From a virus (lineage: Duplodnaviria > Caudoviricetes), in the IMG/VR virus record IMGVR_UViG_3300038345_000144: a stretch of DNA of 64,000 nucleotides; one strand, given 5' to 3'. The notes below the pieces were generated by a model. It was given only the letters and a program-made list of their open reading frames with translations, did no database searches and had not been told where the DNA came from. The first letter of the stretch is position 1; every line of letters begins with the position of its first letter. The position numbers and the translations under genes are program-made. Of this stretch, positions 56,829-64,000 are shown piece after piece.

Positions 56829-57153
56829 CTAATGAAATGCTAAATCCTACTATAATAGGCACACAATCATTATATTTATCTAAAACAGATTTGTCTAACA
56901 CAAAGGAGTTAGGACCTAAACTGATACGAGAGGAAGCAATAAATTGTTCTTCAGTAATCTTTGGCACATCAAAGTCTTCTTTGATTTTCTCATAGGTATC
57001 ATCAGACATATTTTTCCAAATAAGTTCCAAAATATCATCATCCTCATATTTATGAATAAAACAATACTCACAATCTAACCAAACGGTCACAAAATACTCT
57101 TTTCCCATATTAGTATCTCCTTTACTCTTCCTTATTCTCCTTTTTATAGACAA
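56815..57153 (-). CDS. hypothetical protein
   Basis: Paralogue of 40811-41131; start likely MGKEY. Confidence 0.65.
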   Translation of the reverse strand: MSIKRRIRKSKGDTNMGKEYFVTVWLDCEYCFIHKYEDDDILELIWKNMSDDTYEKIKEDFDVPKITEEQFIASSRISLGPNSFVLDKSVLDKYNDCVPIIVGFSISLDENT

Positions 57154-58055
57154 TTTTCTAAATCTTCTGCATATTTGTAAAATTGAGGATAGGTTTTAAG
57201 GCTTTCTATCGTTTGTCTAATGAGATTTTCTAATTGTGTTTCATTGTCTATATAACACTTTAGACTAAATCCTTCCCCATCTTCGGTATTTATATCAACA
57301 ATAAATTTATATCTAACTTCCTCTGGAAAAACTTTTTTCTCAATTTTCATTATTGGGTCACTAATACCAATAGCATATAAGCATAAAGTATCTTCAGCCG
57401 TATTAGTAGTATCAAAAAAGTAATCTCCTGATGGAATAGTAATCTTAAGTTTATTAGACTGTTCATTTATACGATATATAAAGTCTTGAACTACTTTTTG
57501 CGGCTGACCTCTAATTTGCCATTTTTCTTTGCCTGATTTAGTTAAGACTTGAATATATATTTTTGGTGTATCATTTCCAGTATTACTTTGGCTTTTCTCT
57601 ATATCAATATAAATATCTAAAGCATTATTCATTGTTCTAATGGTACGCACATATATTCCTAAACTTCTTAAATGGTTAGCAATAGGGTCAAGAGTTTTTT
57701 CCATTACCTTATAAAAATCATCTCGGCTCCAATCATCATCATTCACCATACTATAAAGGTCTTTAGGCACACCACCCAGAAAATCAGCAATAGTATAATC
57801 AAAAACAGAAAAGTCGTGTTCTGTTTCTCCAACTACGCCATAACAAAAATCATAATCTTCTGGTTCATCACTATTATAGCCCTCCCACGCATCCATACTC
57901 ACCATATATAACTGTGTTCGACATCTATTATTATGTTCTTTGAACTTTTTAGAACACAACGCTATGGTATCTAATACATCACTACGAGTTACGGATTTAC
58001 AAAAGGATTTACCTATACTATCTGCCATTATGGTAATTGCTTCAGATTTGTTCAT
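57144..58055 (-). CDS. two-module hypothetical protein
   Basis: Ends FYKYAEDLENCL like 55654-56436. Confidence 0.7.
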   Translation of the reverse strand: MNKSEAITIMADSIGKSFCKSVTRSDVLDTIALCSKKFKEHNNRCRTQLYMVSMDAWEGYNSDEPEDYDFCYGVVGETEHDFSVFDYTIADFLGGVPKDLYSMVNDDDWSRDDFYKVMEKTLDPIANHLRSLGIYVRTIRTMNNALDIYIDIEKSQSNTGNDTPKIYIQVLTKSGKEKWQIRGQPQKVVQDFIYRINEQSNKLKITIPSGDYFFDTTNTAEDTLCLYAIGISDPIMKIEKKVFPEEVRYKFIVDINTEDGEGFSLKCYIDNETQLENLIRQTIESLKTYPQFYKYAEDLENCL

Positions 58056-58060
58056 TTGTC

Positions 58061-58957
58061 TTATCCTCTCTGTCTGATTTTTTGTACCTCATTAAACATA
58101 TCGTCAACAGTCATATCGGGCGTATAATCGTACTGGTCCTCGGCTAATGATGATACGGCAAATTTCTTATTAACTGCGTCAATGAAGAAGGTATATGAGC
58201 CTTCATCACCCATATAATTCTCCTGCCACATCTTTTCAGGGATTTTCTCCTGAAGTTTCAGATGCTCAATAGCGAGGTTATCAAATGAGATTACAGCAAA
58301 ATTCTGTCTATATTCTGTCAAGATATTTTGTAAATTCTCGATATTTTCCAGAATTTCTGACTTATGCTCTTCGTAATAATCCCTACCTCTGCCTAAAATC
58401 TTATAGCCAAGAATTAAAAGTCGGAGGTTATGGTCGGATAAATTCTTCATATCCTCTTTGGTAATAACACCGTCAATGCAGTGAATAACCGTATTTTTGA
58501 GACCATTATTCCATAAAATATCATCTCTGGAGTTAATCAGGGAGATGCCAACACCATAAATGAGTTCTCTATCCTGCCAGTCCTTTAATGTCTGGAGATG
58601 GTCTTTGAGATGTCTCTGGTTGATGGTAAGGTTGCAAATTACTCCCTTTTCCTTCATTCTCTCTAAAAAAGCCTCCAAGTCAGGATGGGACAAATCGTTC
58701 GCATTGAGAGCAATTTCCTGTCCTCTATGGAGAGTATCAAAAAGAGGCTGGCTCAAATCAGCGTGTTGACCCTGTTCATTACAGCCTAAATAACAATATT
58801 TACAGCCACCGTTACATTTAGTAGTGATGGTTATATCGTTACTTTCTGCAAAGTCAGGTGTAAGATTATCCAAGTCATTTGCTCTAATCTTCGTACCGTT
58901 GCTGAAGAGTGTTACCTCATAATTTCCATTCTTGTAATGTGCTAATAATTTAGGCAT
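58061..58957 (-). CDS. radical SAM protein
   Basis: YKNGNY, CNGGCKYC, NLTINQ, LILGYK..GRG, SFDNLA, YMGDEG. Confidence 0.85.
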   Translation of the reverse strand: MPKLLAHYKNGNYEVTLFSNGTKIRANDLDNLTPDFAESNDITITTKCNGGCKYCYLGCNEQGQHADLSQPLFDTLHRGQEIALNANDLSHPDLEAFLERMKEKGVICNLTINQRHLKDHLQTLKDWQDRELIYGVGISLINSRDDILWNNGLKNTVIHCIDGVITKEDMKNLSDHNLRLLILGYKILGRGRDYYEEHKSEILENIENLQNILTEYRQNFAVISFDNLAIEHLKLQEKIPEKMWQENYMGDEGSYTFFIDAVNKKFAVSSLAEDQYDYTPDMTVDDMFNEVQKIRQRG

Positions 58958-58975
58958 AATTTCTTATAATTCCTT

Positions 58976-59272
58976 TCAACCTTGTATCTTTTCAAATTCA
59001 TCTTCTGTATAAATATGTAAGTGTAGTTCTTTTACAATATCCGCATATTCTTTAGAATACCCTTCAACTATTCCTTTGTAAATGGGTCCATAAGCCCCCT
59101 CTTCAAAATAATAGCAATTTGGACAATGATAGTGTGCTTCTACCACACCCCAACATTCTTCTGTATATTCTGAATACGGGTTAGATGTACCACATACGGG
59201 GCATTTCTTTTCCATATTACTTACCTCTATATTTTTCAAACTTTTCGATGTCGAGAGCATCTTGCAACTCAC
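58976..59272 (-). CDS. Zn-ribbon protein
   Basis: CPVC...CPNC; start likely MEKKC. Confidence 0.65.
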   Translation of the reverse strand: MSCKMLSTSKSLKNIEVSNMEKKCPVCGTSNPYSEYTEECWGVVEAHYHCPNCYYFEEGAYGPIYKGIVEGYSKEYADIVKELHLHIYTEDEFEKIQG

Positions 59273-59489
59273 TAATCAATTCTTCAACATTATACCACCA
59301 AATAGTCAACTCACAACGGTCAGAATTACTGCCGTTAGCATATTCTTTGGCTAAACTGCAAAATCTGACAGGCTTATCGTCAAATTTCACAACTTCTATG
59401 GTTGTATATGTTTCGCAGTAATCTCCAATTCCAGGTTCAGCCCCTTCGTGAATAATAGGTTGTCTTAATTTGATTTTTTCAAGTACCAT
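59217..59489 (-). CDS. hypothetical protein
   Basis: AGGAGG RBS. Confidence 0.65.
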   Translation of the reverse strand: MVLEKIKLRQPIIHEGAEPGIGDYCETYTTIEVVKFDDKPVRFCSLAKEYANGSNSDRCELTIWWYNVEELISELQDALDIEKFEKYRGK

Positions 59490-59503
59490 ATAAGCCTCCT
59501 TGT

Positions 59504-59833
59504 TTAGGTTTCATAGTTTTTCAGACCATTTTCAATCATTTCAGCACGGTATTGCCTGCCTGTAATCTCTTTTTCATCACGATGAGATATTAGAGGCAAG
59601 GTGTCCTCATATACAGCCTCAAGGTCTAAATCCGAGATATGAACATCGTTTGTAGAGGCAATTCCCCTACCTTCAGGGCTTAATAAGAAAATATTGAGAA
59701 TATTGTACTCATCACCCTGTATATAGTCACTGTCCTTCAAAAACGCATATTGCTGTCCTCGTCTTGACTTCATATATGCCTTTTTGCCTGCTGGAAGATT
59801 GTATAATTCATCATAAAAAGCCTTTAAGTCCAT
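59504..59833 (-). CDS. hypothetical protein
   Basis: ORF with RBS. Confidence 0.65.
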   Translation of the reverse strand: MDLKAFYDELYNLPAGKKAYMKSRRGQQYAFLKDSDYIQGDEYNILNIFLLSPEGRGIASTNDVHISDLDLEAVYEDTLPLISHRDEKEITGRQYRAEMIENGLKNYET

Positions 59834-59847
59834 AAAAATCTCCTTTT

Positions 59848-61101
59848 TTAGTCTTGAGGTGGGTAGGCAGGGTTTTTAACCGTAATACTTACCTCAAAAG
59901 TTCCTTCTAAATCATCATAGGTGCATTTTGTTCCTACAATTTTTAATCCAGTATCTTTAACACGGTCAACATATACTTGTTCTACTCTGTCAGAAAAATC
60001 ATCATTTCTATAAGCATAAATATCGCTATCACATATACCATAAATAATATCTTTTACGATTTTTTGCTTATCCTCACATCTCCAGAACATCTCTGATAAT
60101 TGTTGGATAGAATAACAAGGCTTGGGATATACCGTTACTAACGAGTGAGTATCAGTATCACAATCAGGCTGACTTATACAAACTATCACAGGACGGTGTG
60201 TGATTATACAATCTGGTTTCTCAAAGGTTATATCACAATTACCGTATATATCGTGCCAAACGCCAAAATTCAAATCAAGCGTAGGTTCATCTGCCATATC
60301 AGGGTTTTCTTTGAAAAATTGGCATAAATACTCCTCTAACTCTTTATTAAAGTCCGATGCCTCAATAGCGTCTATAATACTATCCCCTAATTTGGTTTCT
60401 AAAACATTACGGTCAATTTTTGACTTAACTTCTTGAGCACTTACTCGCCTTTCCCCTTCAACACTACCCTCGGCATACATTGAAATATCTACTTCCAACC
60501 AATTTCTATTGTGTTTATTTCGAGGTAAACATCCGTGAATTGTGTGTGCTATGATATTCTGTCCTTTAATATAAGGGTTCATAATGCCCATTTCATATAA
60601 GTCACAAACCGCCATAATATTTTTTGTATCAAATAATTTAGGCAGTTTTCTTTTAGCGTCTGGGTCACATTTTTTGAGTTTGTCTACTTCTGCTGGGGTT
60701 AATTCAATACTATGAACGGGAATATCTACCATATTAGATAAAACCTTTGGCGGGTAATGCGTATTGTCTGAAAGATATATCTGCTTACCATAACAAATCT
60801 GCTGAAGAGTTGTTTGATTTTTGTCTAATACATACCAATAATCTTTCGTTTGAAAATACACATCGTCAAAATGTGGTTCAAAGATTTTATTTTCTACAAA
60901 ATTAAGGAAAATATGATAATCTGGACTGCCCTCTAATTTGTGGGTATAATCAGGCTGAAGTTTCTTTATTGCGTCTTCAATTTTCGTTTCTTCATCAGGA
61001 AAACGCTTAACCAGCAACCTCAAAAACTCCACATCCTCCTTCGTCTTATCAGGAGCAGGGGGTTCTGGTATAGTTGATTGTTTAATTTTATCAAAGTCCA
61101 T
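59848..61101 (-). CDS. hypothetical protein
   Basis: 417-aa ORF; AHTIHG...LVTVYP. Confidence 0.7.
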   Translation of the reverse strand: MDFDKIKQSTIPEPPAPDKTKEDVEFLRLLVKRFPDEETKIEDAIKKLQPDYTHKLEGSPDYHIFLNFVENKIFEPHFDDVYFQTKDYWYVLDKNQTTLQQICYGKQIYLSDNTHYPPKVLSNMVDIPVHSIELTPAEVDKLKKCDPDAKRKLPKLFDTKNIMAVCDLYEMGIMNPYIKGQNIIAHTIHGCLPRNKHNRNWLEVDISMYAEGSVEGERRVSAQEVKSKIDRNVLETKLGDSIIDAIEASDFNKELEEYLCQFFKENPDMADEPTLDLNFGVWHDIYGNCDITFEKPDCIITHRPVIVCISQPDCDTDTHSLVTVYPKPCYSIQQLSEMFWRCEDKQKIVKDIIYGICDSDIYAYRNDDFSDRVEQVYVDRVKDTGLKIVGTKCTYDDLEGTFEVSITVKNPAYPPQD

Positions 61102-61113
61102 AGTAATTACCTC

Positions 61114-61329
61114 TTATTTTATGCTAATAAACACCGTATTATCATTGATGTCAATATCGCTTACCTCACGCTCAAACCATTCCTTCTCTTCATCGGAGGC
61201 TGGAAAGTTCATCTTCTTCTTGAGTTCGTGAATTCTTCCTGAATAATAGATGTTATTGCCTATTTCATCTGATAAACAGCAATCCATAAGAACGCTGTGC
61301 CATACCTTCAAAAGTGCTTTAAGGGTCAT
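61114..61329 (-). CDS. small hypothetical protein
   Basis: Paralogue of 63443-63643. Confidence 0.65.
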   Translation of the reverse strand: MTLKALLKVWHSVLMDCCLSDEIGNNIYYSGRIHELKKKMNFPASDEEKEWFEREVSDIDINDNTVFISIK

Positions 61330-61331
61330 AA

Positions 61332-61769
61332 TTAGTCCTCCTCAATTTCATAGTCAGGATTGCCTCTATAACTCTCTAATTCCCACGGCTCACCATCTTC
61401 CCAAGTAAAGTGAAATCTACAATACATTCCAAACAAATAACCATTGAACCAAGTTAGATAAGGTCTGCTTTGGTAATAATTGTCCCCCGTGTATTCAGGA
61501 ATATCAACGGGCTTACCGTCAACAAATACCTTTTGTACTCCCTTATAGCCTAAATATGCTAAAAAATCAGACAAGCGACCCTCTTTCTCTGCACTTTGAT
61601 ATTCAAGGGAGGGACCATCCATTTCTTCACCGTCCCAGTCATAATCATCTTCCTTTATAGAAGTATCAATTTTGATTACTTTGGGTATGGTATATCCTGC
61701 AATTTGAGTTACAAAAGCACAACTGGACGAACTATTTGTCTCAAAAACTTCTCCTCTAATTTGTATCAT
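61332..61769 (-). CDS. FETNSS-motif protein
   Basis: MIQIRGEVFETNSSSSC. Confidence 0.75.
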   Translation of the reverse strand: MIQIRGEVFETNSSSSCAFVTQIAGYTIPKVIKIDTSIKEDDYDWDGEEMDGPSLEYQSAEKEGRLSDFLAYLGYKGVQKVFVDGKPVDIPEYTGDNYYQSRPYLTWFNGYLFGMYCRFHFTWEDGEPWELESYRGNPDYEIEED

Positions 61770-61781
61770 ATAGTATTCTCC

Positions 61782-62489
61782 TTAACCAATTTTCACTACC
61801 TCAAATTTAGTAGTAGCGTCTTTATCCTGAATTAACTTACTTAATTTTTCAATCATTTCTACCATTTGATTGCCCTCATCGCCTTCAAAATTAAAGTTTT
61901 TCAGGAGCGTACATAATCGCTCTGCTGTCTCAAAGGAACCACCTCGTCTGCATACATCGGAGGCAACTAAAATCACAAATAATGTGCCAAAGGATATTTG
62001 CTCATCAGATTTTTCTGCTACTATTCTTTGAAGCGTATTGTCAAAATCTATGTAGTCCATATAGGTATTATAGACATCAATGGCTTTTTTCAAAAAGGAA
62101 AAGTTTTCCCCGTGTTCATAGAGTTTTACATAGTCAAAGCACTTTATCCAACAGAAAAATGCCAGTTCGTAATTCTCTTGAAGTTCACTTATATAACCCT
62201 GTGCCATCCATTTTCTCAAATATTCAGGCATCTCTTTAGCGTTAATAATATTCTGGTAATTATCGGAAAATACATAAGCCCTTACGGTCTCATCTACTTC
62301 CGTATTACAAGAATACACAAAATGACATATAGGGCAAATTCCTACTAACTCCAGAAATTCGCCCTTATCATCATTATAAATATCCTCGTAGCGGAGGTTT
62401 TGTTCCCACTTCCATTTACGAGGTTTTATTGCCTTGTTACAACAAGGACAGAGTGTTTTATTACCGAAATCAAAACTTACCTTAAACAT
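61782..62489 (-). CDS. Zn-ribbon plus TPR-like protein (DUF2225-like)
   Basis: CPCC...CPIC, helical repeats, RRGGSFETA. Confidence 0.65.
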   Translation of the reverse strand: MFKVSFDFGNKTLCPCCNKAIKPRKWKWEQNLRYEDIYNDDKGEFLELVGICPICHFVYSCNTEVDETVRAYVFSDNYQNIINAKEMPEYLRKWMAQGYISELQENYELAFFCWIKCFDYVKLYEHGENFSFLKKAIDVYNTYMDYIDFDNTLQRIVAEKSDEQISFGTLFVILVASDVCRRGGSFETAERLCTLLKNFNFEGDEGNQMVEMIEKLSKLIQDKDATTKFEVVKIG

Positions 62490-62503
62490 AATAAATTCCC
62501 TTC

Positions 62504-62974
62504 TTATGTGAGCCTAATGTGGAACGATTTAGCGTCTGGACCGTATTTTTGGGTAATACCCCATTCATAATGGTCGCTCTCACAAAAAGCGATTGACTTT
62601 GAGCCAAAGAAGATATTAGCAAAGGTACTGCTACTTCCTGCAATAAATCTACCACTAAAACCGTTTTCCTGAATATCCTTTACAATTTCCATTACTTTAG
62701 GGTCATCACATTTAATGTCCTTTACACCAATAGCATATAAAGAACCGATAATGCGTGTGATGTAATCCCACTCGTCCTTGAGGCTATCAGCCCACAAATA
62801 GTGGACATTAAAGTAATAGTCAATCAGGTTTTTGCCCTTGCCTATTTCAATAAAATCCTTATCCGTAGGCAGTTCAATGCTTGTAGGAATATTGACTGTA
62901 TCATTTTCAAAATACACAAACACATTACAGTCAGAACTGTTAGTCTCAAAGGTATTACTTCTTATAACAAACAT
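62504..62974 (-). CDS. FETNSS-motif protein
   Basis: MFVIRSNTFETNSSDC. Confidence 0.75.
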   Translation of the reverse strand: MFVIRSNTFETNSSDCNVFVYFENDTVNIPTSIELPTDKDFIEIGKGKNLIDYYFNVHYLWADSLKDEWDYITRIIGSLYAIGVKDIKCDDPKVMEIVKDIQENGFSGRFIAGSSSTFANIFFGSKSIAFCESDHYEWGITQKYGPDAKSFHIRLT

Positions 62975-62979
62975 ATGGA

Positions 62980-63432
62980 TTAGCCTCCACCTAATAGAAT
63001 ATACGCTATATTTTTATATTCACCTAAATAACCGTCGTGACCATAATAATCTCTATTTTCGGTTCCAAAAAACAGATTAAGTATGTCAGACTCACCAGCA
63101 CAATGCCACATACAGCGAGGCTTTGGATAACCTAAATCTCTTTCAGGGTCTCTCTCAAGTTCCTTTTTCTCGGTCTTGATAGCCTTAATAAAGTCGGTAT
63201 TTGAGCCATTATAGATGATTTTATCAACACCGTGTCTATATAGCCAGTTGGCTAATTTTTCGGACTCTTCTGCATCCAGTTCTCTAACAACTTTACGGAA
63301 AATATCTCCCGTATCATTATCAGCCGACAAATCAATTGTTTTAGTAAGTGATACCTCTTGCTCTTTTGGAATAATAAGAGCGTGGCACTCGGAACTATTA
63401 GTCTCGAATAATCCATATCTAACATTAAACAT
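62980..63432 (-). CDS. FETNSS-motif protein
   Basis: MFNVRYGLFETNSSECH. Confidence 0.75.
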   Translation of the reverse strand: MFNVRYGLFETNSSECHALIIPKEQEVSLTKTIDLSADNDTGDIFRKVVRELDAEESEKLANWLYRHGVDKIIYNGSNTDFIKAIKTEKKELERDPERDLGYPKPRCMWHCAGESDILNLFFGTENRDYYGHDGYLGEYKNIAYILLGGG

Positions 63433-63442
63433 AAATATATCC

Positions 63443-63643
63443 TCACTTCAGCATAATAATTGTAACGCTGTCATCTGACCTAATTCTATCAACTTCACTC
63501 TCAAGGATTTCCGTCTTATCAGGACCATCATAAGTAGCACGAAAATCACAACAATTTCCCTTATAAACTACTCTTCCGATAGTATCGTGGACAGCAATCT
63601 TGTCGTAAGCACTAATTAAAGCAATAACCTGTTCCATTTTCAT
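63443..63643 (-). CDS. small hypothetical protein
   Basis: Paralogue of 61114-61329. Confidence 0.65.
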   Translation of the reverse strand: MKMEQVIALISAYDKIAVHDTIGRVVYKGNCCDFRATYDGPDKTEILESEVDRIRSDDSVTIIMLK

Positions 63644-63657
63644 AAGCCAAATTCTCC

Positions 63658-63999
63658 TTAATTGCCTTTTTCAATGACATCGTACTTATCGTGGTCATAA
63701 TCATCTGCATCAGGCGGGTCGTCACTATTATCGTTTCCTGTGTCTACCCAACCACCGCCAAATAAAAATCTATCTAACAAATTCTCATTGGCAAATAGGT
63801 CATTTAACGGGATTTCGTAGCCGTGGTCAATATAACCTGGGTTATTCTCGGCATATTCCCCGTCGCCCCACGCAGTCCATCTTAATTCTGGGCAGTCAAT
63901 CTCTTCAACGCCCTTACTCTTGAGATATGCAATAAAGCGTTCAACTTCTTCTCTACCACTATCCACGCAGGCTTGATAAATATAATTGATGGTATCACT
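63658..63999 (-). CDS. probable FETNSS-family protein, 5'-truncated by window edge
   Basis: Frame open to edge; YQACVDSGR..FIAYLKSKGV, GYIDH, FLFG, GNDN resemble 61332-61769. Confidence 0.65.
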   Translation of the reverse strand, partial: SDTINYIYQACVDSGREEVERFIAYLKSKGVEEIDCPELRWTAWGDGEYAENNPGYIDHGYEIPLNDLFANENLLDRFLFGGGWVDTGNDNSDDPPDADDYDHDKYDVIEKGN

Positions 64000-64000
64000 C

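Noticed and set aside
260-63478. Numerous plus-strand and alternate-frame ORFs in the track
   Set aside because: They are antisense or out-of-frame shadows of real minus-strand genes, with no RBS or motifs
1-64000. CRISPR array, tRNAs, IS elements, reverse transcriptase/DGR, stop-codon recoding
   Set aside because: No regular repeat-spacer array, cloverleaf, transposase or RT motif was seen by eye; standard code already gives dense, intact genes

Overview
A 64-kb segment of a large AT-rich extrachromosomal element, either a jumbo phage or a phage-like megaplasmid. The host is probably a gut/rumen Firmicute, inferred from GGAG ribosome-binding sites (RBS) and sigma-A promoters with TG-extended -10. 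No virion genes, tRNAs or CRISPR arrays were seen. About 115 densely packed genes lie on the minus strand in the standard code. The left part (1-23 kb) holds an Rnl1-type RNA ligase with two PNK-like kinases, an OFA-family MFS transporter, a ~600-nt structured ncRNA with its own promoter and terminator (ROOL-like), a circularly permuted thioredoxin lipoprotein, a replisome module (beta-clamp-like, dUTPase, family A polymerase, three clamp-loader-like subunits), a VWA/MoxR pair and a VirB4-like ATPase. The right part (23-64 kb) is a long array of small, mostly acidic, often paralogous hypothetical genes, plus two radical SAM enzymes, DUF4313, YwqG and a FETNSS-motif family. Best candidates for novelty: (1) an FtsK/coupling-protein-like ATPase broken into separately encoded, reordered pieces that carry very short complementary class-3 intein ends (27-aa Pro1 IntN; 23-aa Cys...THN|C IntC), next to an intact but Walker-A-degenerate paralogue; (2) the large ncRNA; (3) about 11 intergenic TGTAAT-N5-TGTAAT boxes; (4) promoters nested inside inverted repeats and anti-RBS RNA elements. 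All family assignments come from motif recognition by eye; no database searches were run.
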